Part shown: piece by piece, positions 27,630 to 40,284 of the stretch
Layout of the letters: each line of letters opens with the position of its first letter
Position numbering within the stretch: the stretch's first letter is position 1
Source: Squalus acanthias
Lineage: Eukaryota
Direction of reading: 5' to 3'
Assembly: GCA_030390025.1 (NCBI GenBank)
Contig: JASTWF010000034.1
Span: 5,084,001-5,148,000, forward strand
Length of the DNA: 64,000 nt
Translations under genes and position numbers: made by a program
Notes under the pieces: model-generated
The model's input: the letters and a program-made list of their open reading frames with translations, nothing else
The model's database searches: none
Told to the model about the DNA's origin: nothing

Positions 27630-28490
27630 GTCGTGACAGTATGAGTGAGGTCAGTGATAAACCTGAATGGGCAGTCACAGTATGAGTGAGGTCAGTGATA
27701 AACCTGGATGGGTAGTGACAGTATGAGTGAGGTCAGTGATAATCCTGGATGGGTAGAGACAGTATGAGTGATGTCAGTGATAAACCTGGATGGGTAGTGA
27801 CAGTTTGAGTGAGGTCAGTGATAAACTGGATGGGTAGTGATAGTATGAGTCAGGTCAGTAATAAACCTGGATGGCTAGTGACAGTTTGAGTGAGGTCAGT
27901 GATAAACCTGGATCGGTAGTGACAGTATGAGTGCAGACAGTGATAATCCTGGATGGGCAGTAACAGTATGAGTGAGGTCAGTGATAAACCTGGATGTGTA
28001 GTGACAGTATGAGTGAGCTCAGGGATAAATCTGGATGGGAATTGACTGTTTGAGTGACGTCAGTGATAAACTGGATGGGTAGTGATAGTATGATTGAGGT
28101 CAGTGATAATCCTGGATGGGAAGTGACAGTATGAGTGAGGTCAGGGATAAACCTGGATAGGTAGTGGCAGTATGAGTGAGGTAAGTGATAATCCTGGATG
28201 GGTAGTAACATTATGAGTGAGTTCACTGATAATCCTGGATGGGTAGTGACAGTATGAGTGAGGTCAGTGATAAACCTGAATGGGTAGTGAGAGTATGAGT
28301 GAGGTCAGTGATAAATCTGGATTGGTAGTGACAGTATGAGTTAGGTCAGTGATAATTATGGATGGGTAGTGAGAGTATGAGTGAGGTCAGTGATAATCCT
28401 GGATGGGTAGTGACAGTATGAGTGAGGTCAGTGATAAAACTGGATGGGTAGTGAGAGTATGAGTGAGTTCAGTGATAAACCTGGATGGGC
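27630..28490. repeat. 41-bp minisatellite, longer version (~21 copies)
   Basis: Same monomer at the equivalent position in the next module. Confidence 0.95.
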
Positions 28491-29802
28491 ATTGATAACA
28501 CAGGTCAGTTCAGTGATGTATCAGGAAGGGAAGTGAATATTTAAGTGAGATCAGAATCTGAACAATTGAGGTCAGTAATGTCTCGGAATGGATAGTGGAT
28601 GTACAAAGCATGTCAGAGATATTCCTTGCTTGTAATTACAGTACAATATCTCTCAAAAAACCAGCTCGGTTTTTATTGACAGTACAAGTGAGGTCAATAA
28701 TGTACCTGGTTGTGGAATGTTGGTTCAAGTGAAGTTCGTGGCATACAGAATGGATAGTGACAGTATAAGTGAGGTCAGTGACATATCGGAATGGGTAGTA
28801 ACAGTAGATGTGAGGTCAGTTACATTTCTAAATAACTATCAAATCTTCCTGCATGTTCTGTGAGAAGCAATGATGTCTGTTGCTTGTGTTGAAACCGGCA
28901 GTGAGACTGTCAGCTAACAGCGTCATATTAGTGCCAGTCCGTTGATCACAGCAGCATCAGACATTATTCCCGCTCATGTTTATTACAGAATTGAAAATAT
29001 TTAAATAGGGATATCGAGTAGGGGCAATCAGAACAATCCACTTCTCCCAAAGATCAGTTTCTGAACACCCCAGGTTTGCTAAATCAAACTGATCATTAGG
29101 TCGTGCTGTACCAGAGAATTTTATTTGTGAACTGACCTGCTCCATGTTTCAAGGACGGTATCTGAGTGTAAACTGACCGGGTGAATTGGATGGACAGTCG
29201 CTGAAATGACAGGATAATAATTTATCACCGAAATTATCTGAAATCTGTAACTAAATCTCTGCTCTCAATGTAATGCTATCGGACTGTGGGACTCATATTT
29301 TCTATTATTCCCAATTCTAGTGGAATAATATTCAGTTCTTTTGGGAGTTCACCTTACAGACGGGCAATACCTGTCTCATATTAATATAGATATAAAATAA
29401 CATACTTTATATTTGTTATATGAAGTACCGGACCAGAACAGGTTAATTTCAGCCGTTCAGTGACTAATTGATGCCAGTCGCATGGGGACTAATTGTCTCT
29501 GCTTGTTATTAATTCCAGTCAGTTGAACACAGCAGGTCATAAAGTATTCTTTCCAATGTTTACTATAATGGAAAATATTTAAAATATATCACAGATCTGC
29601 ATTTTGCTGCTCTCAATAAATCAATTCCTATCATTTAATCACGAAACACTCTGACTGTCCAAAAACCAAGAGATGTTCATCTCACTCAGCGAGGTTGCAC
29701 TGTGGGAATCGGGTTCACTCTGCAGGATTGAAAATGTAGACTGCTGGGTGGAACGGAACTAATTAATATCAGGACTTTCAAAATGCGGCAACAGATTCTC
29801 AC

Positions 29803-30063
29803 CATTGTAAGCAGCACCTTTCAGGGATTCACTATTCCTCTTTATAAGTTCAGTCTATACAGCATCAGTGTGAAAATCCCCAGCCACCCTCATAAGGCAG
29901 AAACCATGCAACACGGACGGTCCCGCATTGTGGGGGATGGAGATTTCATTGAAAGTTTTGTCTACACTGGTTAGAATCTGGATTATATCTTTGAATGTAC
30001 TGGTACTGAGCTGACACTGTCCAACACAGGAACCCTTTGAAATTTCCACCAGTAACAGTGACC
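29803..30063 (-). pseudogene. SEA-like exon copy 6
   Basis: Paralogous. Contains ORF 29855-30049. Confidence 0.5.
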
Positions 30064-30349
30064 CTGAATCCCAGCGTTAAACAAGACAGGTTACATTCCC
30101 GGCCGTGGTAACATCTCTGACTTCATTCAATCAGTGAATTTAATAATTGCATTTTTGGGAGTGAATTGTAGAGTTGAGCAGAGTGTTAGTTTGGGGCATC
30201 TTTTAAAATATATTCTGTGATCTCAGAAACGATAATGGGAGCCTTGTGTAAATCTGTTGTCAGCTTACAGTAACTAATAAGAAGCAGAGCGATGTAGGTT
30301 CCAGGGTGAGTCACATTCAATCCAGTCACTGAACAGCAGCAGATTCCCC

Positions 30350-33300
30350 ACACTAACATGTCTGGGCCTACACCTGTCTTCAGGCTCACACTACCCGGTC
30401 TGGTCCCACACCTGACTCCGGTACCTCAATAGCTGTTCTGGTCCTACACCTGACTGGAGTACCTCCGGAAACGGTCTGGGGGTACACCTGACTCCAGTCC
30501 CTCACTACCCGGTCTGGGCCTACAAATGACTCCAGTCCCTCACTACCCGGTCTGGGCCTACACCTGACTCCAGTCCCTCACTACCCAGTCTGGGCCCACA
30601 ACTGACTCAGATCCCTCAATACCTGGTCTGGGCCCACACCTGACTCCGGTCCCTCACTACCCGGTCTGGAACTACACCTGACGCCAGGCCCTCACTAACC
30701 GTTCTGGGTATACACCTGATTGAAGTCCCTCACTACCTGGTCTGGGCCCACACCTGACTCCAGTCGCTCACTACCCGGTCTGGGCCTATACCTGACTCCA
30801 GTCCCTCACGACCCAGTCTGGGCCTACACCCGACTCCAGACGCTCACTACCCGGTCTGGGTATACAACTCACTCCAGTCCCTCACTACCCGGTCTGGGCC
30901 AACACCTTAATCCAGTCCCTCACTACACGGTCTGGGCCTACACCTCACTCCAGTCCCTTACTACCCGGTCTGGGCCTACACCACACTCCAGTCCCTCACT
31001 ACCCGGTCTGGGCCTACACCCGACTCCAGATCCTCACTACCCGGTCTGGGTATACACCTCACTCCAGTCCCTCACTACCCGGTCTGGGCCTCCACAGGAC
31101 TCCACTCCCCCACTACCCGGTCTGGGCCTACACCTGACCACAGTCCCTCACTACCCGGCCTGGGTAAACACCTGATTCCAGTCCCTCACTACCCGGTCTG
31201 GGACTACACCTGACTCCAGTCCCTCACTACCTGGTCTGGGCCTACACCTGAATCCAATCCATCACTACCCGGTCTGGGCCTACACCTGACTCCAGACCCT
31301 CACTACCCGGTCTGGGCCTACACGTGACTCCGGTCCATCAATACCTGGTCTGGTCCTACACCTGACTCCAGTCCCTCACTACCCGTTCCGGGCCAGACCT
31401 CACTCCAGTCTCTCACTACACGGGCAGGCCTGCACCTGACTCCAGACCCACGATACCCGGTCTGGGCCTACACCTGGCTCCAGTCCCTCACTACCAGGTC
31501 TGGGTCTACACCTCACTCCAGTCCCTCACTACCTGGTCTGGGCCTACACCTGATTCCAGTCCCTCACTACCTGTTCTGGGACTACACCTGACTCCCGTCC
31601 CTCACTACCCGGTCTGGGCCCACACCTGACTCTGGTCCCACAATACCCGCTCTGGCCCTAGACCTTACTCGAGTCCCTCACTACCTGGTCTGGGCGTACA
31701 CCTGACTCCAGTCCCTTACTACCCGGTCTGGGACTACACCTGACTTCAGTCCCTCTATATCCGCTCTGGGCCTACACCTGACTCCAGTCCCTCACTACCC
31801 AGTCTGGGCCCACACCTGACTCCGGTTCCTCAATTCCTGGTCTGGGCCCACAACTGACTATGGTCCCTCCTTACCTGGTCTGGTCCTACACCTGACTCCG
31901 GTCCCTCACTACCCGGTCTGGGTAGACAGATGACTCCAGTCCCTCATTAGCTGGTCTGGGCCTGCACCTGACTCCAGTCCCTCACTCTCCAGTCTGGGTA
32001 TATAGCTGACTCCAGTCCCTCACTACCCGGTCTGGGCCTACTCCTGACTCCAGTCCCTCACTACCCGGTCTGAGCCTACACCTGACTCCAGTCCCTCACT
32101 ACCCGGTCTGGGCCTACACCTGACTCCGGTCCCTCACTACCCTGTCTGGGCCTACACCTGACTCCAGTGCCTCACTACCCGATCTGGGCCTACACCTGAC
32201 TCCAGTCCCACACTACGCAGTCTGGGCCTGCACCTCACTCCAGTCCCTCACTACCCCGTCTGGCCTGCACCTGACTCCAGCCCCACGATACCCTGTCTGG
32301 GCCTACACCTGACTCCAGTTCCTCACTACCCGTTCTGGGTATACACCTGGCTCCAGTCCCTCACTACCCGGTCTGGATCTACTACTCACTCCAGTCCCTT
32401 ACGACCCAGTCTGGGCCTACACCTGCCTCCAGTCCCTCACTACCTGGACTGTGCCGGCACCTGACTCCAGTCCCTGGATACCCGGTCTGGGCTTACACCT
32501 GATTCCAGTCCTTCACTACCCGGTCTGGGCCCACACCTGACTCCAGTCCCTCACTACCTGGACTGTGCCAGCACCTGACTCCAGTCCCTCGATACCCGGT
32601 CTGGGCCTACACCTGACTCAAGTCCCTCACTACCCGGTCTGGGTCTACACCCGACACCAGTCCCTCACTACCCGGTCTGGCCTGCACCTGACTCCAGTCC
32701 CACGATATCTGGTCTGGGCCATCACCTGACTCCAGTCCTGCACTACCCGGTCTGGGACCACACCTGACTCCGGTTCCTCAATTCCTGGTCTGGGCCCACA
32801 ACTGACTATGGTCCCTCCTTACCTGGTCTGGTCCTACACCTGACTCCGGTCCCTCACTACCCGGTCAGGGGCCTACACCTGACTCCAGTCCCTCTATATC
32901 CGGTCTGGCACTAAACCTGACTCCAGTCCCTCACTTACCCGGTCTGGGTATACAGATGACTCCAGTCCCTCATTAGCTGGTCTGGGCCTGCACCTGACTC
33001 CAGTCCCTCACTCTCCAGTCTGGGTATATAGCTGACTCCAGTCCCTCACTACCCGGTCTGGGCCTACTCCTGACTCCAGTCCCTCACTACCCGGTCTGAG
33101 CCTACACCTGACTCCAGTCCCTCACTACCCGGTCTGGGCCTACACCTGACTCCGGTCCCTCACTACCCTGTCTGGGCCTACACCTGACTCCAGTGCCTCA
33201 CTACCCGATCTGGGCCTACACCTGACTCCAGTCCCGCACTACGCAGTCTGGGCCTGCACCTCACTCCAGTCCGTCACTACCCCGTCTGGTCTGCACCTGA

Positions 33301-36020
33301 CTCCAGCCCCACGATACCCTGTCTGGGCCTACACCTGACTCCAGTCCCTCACTACCCGGTCTGGATCTACTACTCACTCCAGTACCTTACGACCCAGTCT
33401 GGGCCTACACCTGCCTCCAGTCCCTCACTACCTGGACTGTGCCGGCACCTGACTCCAGTCCCTCGATACCCGGTCTGGGCCTACACCTGACTCAAGTCCC
33501 TCACTACCCGGTCTGGGTCTACACCCGACACCAGTCCCTCACTACCCGGTCTGGCCTGCACCTGACTCCAGTCCCACGATATCTGGTCTGGGCCATCACC
33601 TGACTCCAGTCACGCACTACCCGGTCTGGGCCTACACCTGACTCCAGTCCCTCACTGCCTGGTCTGGGCCTACACCTGACTCCTGTCCCTCACTACCCGG
33701 TCTGGGCCTACACCTGACTCCGGTCCCTCAATACCCGGTCTGGGTATACACCTGAATCCAGTCCCTCACTACCCGGTCTGGGTACACACCTGACTCCAGT
33801 CCCTCACTGCCTGGTCTGGGCCTACACCTGACTCCAGTCCCTCACTGACTGGTCTGGGCCTACACCTGACTCCGGTCCCTCAATACCCGGTCTGGGTATA
33901 CACCTGAATCCAGTCCCTCACTACCCGGTCTGGGTACACACCTGACTCCAGTCCCTCACTGCCCGGTCTGGGCCTACAACTGACTCCAGTCCCTCACTAC
34001 CCGGTCTGGGCCTACACCTTACTCCGGTCCCTCAATACCCGGTCTGGGTATACACCTGACTCCAGTCCCTCAGTACCCGGTCTGGGTATACACCTGACTC
34101 CAGTCGCTCACTGCCCGGTCTGGGCCTACACCTGACTCCAGTCTCTCACTGTCCGGTCTGGGCCTACACCTGACTCCGGTCCCTCAATACCCGGTCTGGG
34201 ACTACACCTGACTCCAATCCCTCACTACACGGTCTGGGTATACACCTGACTCCAGTCCCTCACTGCCCGGTCTTGGTCTATACCTCACTCTAGTCCCTCA
34301 CTACCCGGTCTGGGCCTACACCTGACTCCAGTCCCTCAGTACATGGACTGTGCCGGCACCTGACTCCAGTCCCTCGATACCCGGTCTGGGCCTTCACCTG
34401 ACTCCAGTCCCTCACTAGCTGGTCTGGGCCTACAACTGACTCCAGTCCCTCACTACCCGGTCTGAGCCTACACCTGACTCTAGTCCCTCACTACCCGGTC
34501 TGGGCCTACACCTGACTCCGGTCCCTCACTACCCGGTCTGGGCTACACCTGACTCCAGTCCCTCACTACCCGATCTGGGCCTACACCTGACTCCAGTCCC
34601 TCACTACCCAGTCAGGTCCTGCAAGTCACTCCAGTCCCTCACTACCCCGTCTGGCCTGCACCTGACTCCAGCCCCACGATACCCTGTCTGGGCCTACACC
34701 TGACTCAAGTTCCTCACTACCCGTTCTGGGTATACACCTGGCTCCAGTCCCTCACTACCCGGTCTGGGTCTACACCTCACTCCAGTCCCTCACTACCCAG
34801 TCTGGGCCTACACCTGCCTCCAGTCCCTCACTACCTGGACTGTGCCGGCACCTGACTCCAGTCCCTCGATACCCGGTCTGGGCCTAAACCTGACTCCAGT
34901 CCTTCACTACCCAGTCTGGGCCCACACCTGACTCCAGACCCTCAGTACCTGGACTGTGCCGGCACCTGACTCCAGTCCCTCGATACCCGGTCAGGGCCTA
35001 CACCTGACTCAAGTCCCTCACTACCCGGTCTGGGTCTGCACCCGACTCCAGTCCCTCACTACCCGGTCTGGCCTACACCTGACTCCAGTCCCACGATATC
35101 TGGTCTGGGACATCACCTCACACCAGTCCCTCACTACCCGGTCTGAGCCTACACCTGACTCCAGTCCCTCACTGCCCGGTCTGGGCCTACACCTGACTCC
35201 AGTCCCTCACTACCCGGTCTGGGCCTACACCTGACTCCGGTCCCTCAATACCCGGTCTGGGTATACACCTGACTCCAGTCCCTCACTACCCGGTCTGGGT
35301 ACACACCTGACTCCAGTGCCTCACTGCCCGGTCTGGGCCTACACCTGACTCCATTCCTCACTACCCGGTCTGGGCCTACACCTGACTCCGGTCCCTCAAT
35401 ACCCGGTCTGGGTATACACCTGACTCCAGTCCCTCACTACCCTGTCTGGGTATACACCTGACTCCAGTCCCTCACTGCCCGGTCTGGGCCTACACCTGAC
35501 TCCAGTCCCTCACTACCCGGTCTGGGCCTACACCTGACTCCGGTCCCTCAATACCCGATCTGGGCCTACACCTGATTCCAGTCCCTCACTTCCCGGTCTG
35601 GGTATACACCTGACTCCAGTCCCTCACTGCCCGGTCTTGGTCTATTCCTCACTCTAGTCCCTCACTACCCTGTGTGTGCCTACACCTGACTCCAGTCCCT
35701 CAGTACCTGGACTGTTCCGGCACCTGACTCCAGTCCCTCGAAACCCGGTCTGGGCCTTCACCTGACCTCAGTCCCTCACTCGCCGGTCTGGGCCTACACC
35801 TGACTCCAGTCCCTCACTAGCCAGTCTGGGCCTACACCTGACACCAGTCCCTCACTGCTCGGTCTGGGCCTACACCTGACTCCAGTCCCTCACTACCCGT
35901 TCTGGGCCTACACCTGACTCCGGTCCCTCAATACCCGGTCTGGGTATACACCTGACTCCAGTCCCTCACTACCCGATCTGGGCCTTCAACTGACTCCGGT
36001 CCCTCACTACCCGGTCCGGT
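30350..36020. repeat. 38-bp satellite (CTACCCGGTCTGGGCCTACACCTGACTCCAGTCCCTCA)
   Basis: Period 38 (32101 and 32139). C-rich on the + strand. Confidence 0.97.
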
Positions 36021-36289
36021 TTCTGCACCTTCAGTCCTGTCAGTCGTAATGAGCACTGAGTGTTGGAGAGAGTGTATTGATAGCATAAATGCCTCTTATA
36101 TCAGTAATGGGTCAGTATTGGGGAAATAGGTTATGTATATTAACGAAATGGTACAATTGTAAAGTGGGTGCAGTAACAGAGACACCGGTTCCCGCTTTAA
36201 GAGACCGCAGTGAATTATATTTGCACAACCATAATTAGCGGGATGCGTCTTCACTTTAAGGTCTCTCATTGATTCCAAAGAGCAAAATC

Positions 36290-36780
36290 GCCGCTGAAGT
36301 GGAAGATGTAATCACGCTGGGCGGGTATTAACGTAATGCTGCTGGGCGGGGATTGAGAACAAAGACTGCACTCCGATTGGTGGAAGCGCAGCGGCGCCAC
36401 CGAGTGATTGGTTCGCTCAAATGTCCATCAGCGTGTCGCCGGGGAGGCGGGTGCTGAGTGGCTCAGGTGCTGGAGCGACTGTTTGATTGGTTGGCGAGCT
36501 GTCCATCGTCGAGCGAGTCGGCGGATCCCCCCGAGCGGCACTAGCTATTGGTTGGGGCGGCTGTCGGTCAAGCAACGGGCGGCTGCGATTGGTCAGCGGC
36601 CCCTTCAGTGGGCGGGGCAGGGGGACGAGAGTCAGCGCCTGAAGCGGCGGCAAAGCCCCGGGATTGGGCAGGGAGAGCAAGAGGAGGGTCGACCTCAGCC
36701 CAGAGCCCAGAACAGGCGTTCACACCGGTAGCTAATGTTCCCAATCCCCACCCCGGCCCTGCCCGGGACTAGGCATCAAG
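36290..36780. promoter_or_regulatory. CpG-island promoter with six inverted CCAAT boxes and GC boxes; probable PEX5-derived promoter
   Basis: ATTGG at 36376, 36407, 36486, 36547, 36588 and 36663. GGGCGG at 36319, 36344, 36555, 36577 and 36610. Locally CpG-rich. Confidence 0.75.
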
Positions 36781-36994
36781 CCTCTATCCGGAGGAGGAAG
36801 AGGATGGTGAATCAGGGAGAGAAGGCCAGAAAACCCAGGGAGGGAGAATAGATTTGGGGGCCTGGATCACCCTCTCCCCTCCGCTCCGGTGGAAATTCCC
36901 GTCTCTGGGTTTCCCAATGGGAGATCCTATGTAAACATGTTAAGCTGTAGTTCCCACTCCTGCCAGAGGGGTCGGTGCAGCAGCTGGAATTACT

Positions 36995-37810
36995 TAGGAT
37001 ATACGGCACGGCAAGAGGCCATTCGGCCCAACCAGTCCCTGCCGGGCTATATGCTCCACTCGAGCCTCCTCCCGTCTTTCCTCATCTAACTCTATTAGAG
37101 TAACCCTCTATTGCCTTTTCCCTCATATGCTTATCTAGCCTCCCCTTAAATGCATCAATACTGTTCGCTTCAACCACTCCCTGTGGAAGTGAGTTCCACA
37201 TTCTCACCACTCTCTGGGTGAAGAAGTTTCTTCTGAATTCCCTATTTGTTTTCTTGGTGACTATCGTATAATGATGGCCTCTAATCTTGCTCTTCCCCAC
37301 AAGTGGAAACACTCTCTCTGTATCTTCTCTTTCAAAACCTTTCATTATTTTAAAGATCTTTGTTATGTTACCCCTCAGCCTTCTCTTTTCAAGAGAAAAG
37401 CCTGTTCATCCTTTCCTGATAGAGGTACCCTCGCATTTCCTATATTATCCTTGTAAATCTGCTCTGCACCCTCTCCAGCCTCTCTCTATCCTTTTTATAA
37501 TCTGGTGACCAGAACTGTATGCAGTACTCCAAGTGAGGTCTAACCAAGGTTTGATACAGGTTTAGCAGAACTTCACTACTTTTCAATTCGATCCCCCTCG
37601 GAATAAACCCACAGGCTTGGTTTGCTCTTTTATGGCCTCGTTAATCTGTGTCACTATTTTCAGTGCGGTGTGTATTTGTACTCCGAGATCTCCACCCCAT
37701 TTAAATTATTGGTTTCCAAGTGATATATGGCCTCTTTATTTTTCTTACCAAAATGAAATACGTCACATTTATCTGTGTTGTAATTCATTTGCCAATTATA
37801 TGCCAATTAA
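36995..37810 (-). mobile_element. CR1-type LINE 3' fragment
   Basis: ORF 37082-37345 has RRNFFTQRVVRMWNSLP...FKGRLDKHM, typical of the CR1 ORF2 C-terminus. Confidence 0.9.
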
Positions 37811-38043
37811 AGATCTGTTACGAATGCATAATAAATAGTATCAATCAATAATGCAAATATATGACTATAACTATAATATTTATGTCTCCCCATCTCCTCT
37901 CTCCCGCTCTCTCCATCGGTCTCTCCTCCTCCCCCTATGTGTCCCTCTCCCTCTCTCCCTCAGAATTATAAAAAGTCTCTTCACATAGGATATACGGCAC
38001 TGAAACAGGCCATTCAGCCAAAGCAGTCCAGGCTTTATTGCAG

Positions 38044-38079
38044 GTCTCCAAGCCACCGGGATCTGCTACAGAGGAGTAG
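38044..38079 (+). pseudogene. PEX5: PEX5 36-nt exon with terminal nonsense codon (VSKPPGSATEE*)
   Basis: ttgcAG/GTGAG boundaries. Matches vertebrate PEX5 ASKPLGVASEDE as recalled. Last codon is TAG. Confidence 0.8.
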
Positions 38080-38139
38080 GTGAGGAGGACAAACACAGTT
38101 ATCGTGCCAGCCTGTAATCCAGGCTCCATTCACCGTGTG

Positions 38140-38395
38140 AGGGTCAGGGTAACTCAGCACAGGCCGGGGATGAAGCCTGGGCCTTTCCTGCTCTGAGTGT
38201 GTGGGGGCTCTCAGTTCCACACCAGGCGAGGATCAGGGTAACTCAGCACAGGCCGAGGATGGAGCCTCGGCCTTTCCTGCTCTGAGTGTGTGTGGGGGGT
38301 CTCAGTACCACACCAGGCGAGGATCAGGGTAACTGAGCACAGGCCGGGGATGGAGCCTTGGCCTTTCCTGCTCTGAGTGTGTGGGGCTCTCAGTA
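38140..38395. repeat. ~90-bp tandem repeat, 3 copies (partial 4th near 38655-38700)
   Basis: TCAGGGTAACT(C/G)AGCACAGGCCG recurs at ~38144, 38233 and 38324. Confidence 0.85.
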
Positions 38396-38481
38396 CCCAC
38401 TCCGGGTGGGGACATTTCAGGATTGGGGCACATATCATTGTGTGGGTCTAATTGCCGCCTCTCTCTCCCTCCCTCTCACAG

Positions 38482-38614
38482 TTAGTTTCGGAGTTTGTGA
38501 CTGAGCAGAATGGGCCGCTGCTGCCCCGGGCACCTCAAACATTCAAAATGGACGACCTGCTGGCGGAGATGCAGCAGATTGAGAACTCGAGACTTCGCCA
38601 CGCTCCGCAGCAAG
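38482..38614 (+). pseudogene. PEX5: PEX5 exon, [44 protein letters not shown]
   Basis: Polypyrimidine-cAG acceptor and GTAAG donor. [19 protein letters not shown] is the conserved PEX5 N-terminal segment, preceded by an LVxEF motif. Confidence 0.93.
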
Positions 38615-38704
38615 GTAAGATCACCCCTGGGAGTAGAGGGTGGAGCAGGGAAACAACTCAGCACAGTCCGGGGATGGAGCCTGGGCCTTTCCGTGTATGT
38701 GTGT

Positions 38705-39385
38705 GACTGACCACGGGCTTTGTGGGTACAGAGACACTGACCCCGGGCATTGTGGGTACAGGGTCACTGACCCCGGGCATTGTGGGTACAGGGTCACAGA
38801 CCCCGGGCATTGTGGGTATAGGTTCACTGACCCAGGGCATTGTGGGTACAGGGACACTGACCCCGGGCATTGTGGGTACAGGGTCACTGACCCCGGGCAT
38901 TGTGGGTACAGGGCCACTGCCCCATGGCATTGTGGGTACAGGGTCACTGACCACGGGCATTGTGGGTACATGGTCACGGACCACGGGCATTGTGGGTATA
39001 GGTTCACTGACCCCGGGCATTGTGGGTACAGGGACACTGACCCCGGGCATTGTGGGTACAGGGCCACTGCCCCATGGCATTGTGGGTACAGGGTCACTGA
39101 CCACGGGCATTGTGGTACAGGGTCACTGACCCCGGGCATTGTGGATACAGGGACACTGACCCTGGGCATTGTGGGTATAGGTTCACTGACCCCGGGCATT
39201 GTGGGTACAGGGACACTGACCCCGGGCATTGTGGGTGTAGGTTCACTGAACCCGGGCATTGTGGGTACAGGGACACTGACCCCGGGCATTGTTGGTACAG
39301 GGCCACTGACCCCGAGCATTGTGGGTACAGGGTCACTGCCCCATGGCATTGTTGGTAAAGGGTCACTGACCCTGGGCATTGTGGT
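38705..39385. repeat. 30-bp minisatellite (CTGACCCCGGGCATTGTGGGTACAGGGTCA)
   Basis: Period 30, giving a 10-aa periodicity in the spurious ORFs. Confidence 0.95.
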
Positions 39386-39467
39386 TAAGGTCCTGAGGGT
39401 GATTACGGCCGCTCTGACTGTTTCACTTTAAATGGTGTTTGACTTCTGAACCTTCCTCTACCCTTAG

Positions 39468-39575
39468 ACCCCGCTGTGGCCTGTCCAGCAAAGTGGACCC
39501 TGGAATACCTGGAACAAACGGCAGAGGAACTGTAGCTGGGGAACCCGAGCTGGAGCAGAGTGAGGAACAGAAATG
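39468..39575 (+). pseudogene. PEX5: PEX5 WxxxY-motif exon, disabled copy
   Basis: (D)PAVACPAKWTLEYLEQTAEEL*LG/EPELEQSEEQKW. TAG at 39533 and a 1-nt deletion (108 nt versus 109 nt). Confidence 0.85.
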
Positions 39576-39605
39576 GTATGGAGCGGGAGGGAGTAACAGT
39601 GGAAA

Positions 39606-40237
39606 TGTCAGGGTAATGTAGAGGGAGTTCTGTACTGTACCTGCCCTGGGAGTGCACGATGCTGACACTGGGTATAAAGTGGGGGGACACTGTCAGGGTA
39701 ATGTAGAGGGTGCTCTGTATTATACCTGCCCTGGGAGTGCTGAATGCTGACATTTGGATAAAGTGAGGGGACACTGTCAGGGTCGTGTAGAGGGAGCTCT
39801 GTATTATACCTGTCCTGGGAGTGCTGGATGCTGACACTGTGTATAAAGTGGGGGTACACTGTCAGGGTCGTGTAGAGGGAACTCTGTATTGTACCTGCCC
39901 TGGGAGTGCTCGATGCTGACACTGGGTATAAAGTGGGGGGACACTGTCAGGGTAATGTAGAGGGAGCTCTGTATTGTACCTGCCCTGGGAGTGCTGGATG
40001 CTGACATTTGTATAAAGTGGGGGGACACTGTCAGGGTAATGTAGAGGGAGCTCTGTATTATACCTGCCCTGGGAGTGCTGGATGCTGACACTGGGTATAA
40101 AGTGGGGGTACACTCTCAGGGTAATGTAGAGGGAGCTCTGTATTGTACCTGCCCTGGGAGTGCTGGATGCTGACACTGGGTATAAAGTGGGGGGACACTC
40201 TCAGGGTAATGTAGAGGGAGCTCTGTATTGTACCTGC
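39606..40237. repeat. 85-bp minisatellite
   Basis: TGTCAGGGTAATGTAGAGGGAGCTCTGTATTGTACCTGCCCTGGGAGTGC... recurs every 84-85 bp. Confidence 0.95.
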
Positions 40238-40284
40238 TCCGGTAGTGGGAGGGGCGATGGCCACTTTGTGACATTGTTCCAGGC

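Larger units (their letters stand above)
16437..30345 (-). pseudogene. Tandem array of degenerate exon modules encoding SEA-domain-like sequence (mucin-like gene remnant)
   Basis: Six copies of a ~260-nt segment bounded by cAG/GTGAG, plus 34-nt, 60-64-nt and 176-nt segments with splice consensus. Frame-corrected translation VTVTGGNFKG..SAQYQ..KDIIQILTSVDKTFNEISI.TMRN(G)SVL.VF resembles SEA. Shared frameshifts and a TAG stop. Confidence 0.5.

Noticed and set aside
36408..36772. GC-rich ORFs in the CpG island
   Set aside because: Expected by chance at high GC. No PEX5 N-terminus or other recognisable motif.
38621..39431. Long overlapping ORFs with Cys/His or mucin-like repeats
   Set aside because: The 30-bp array is open in nearly all frames on both strands and lies between PEX5 exons.
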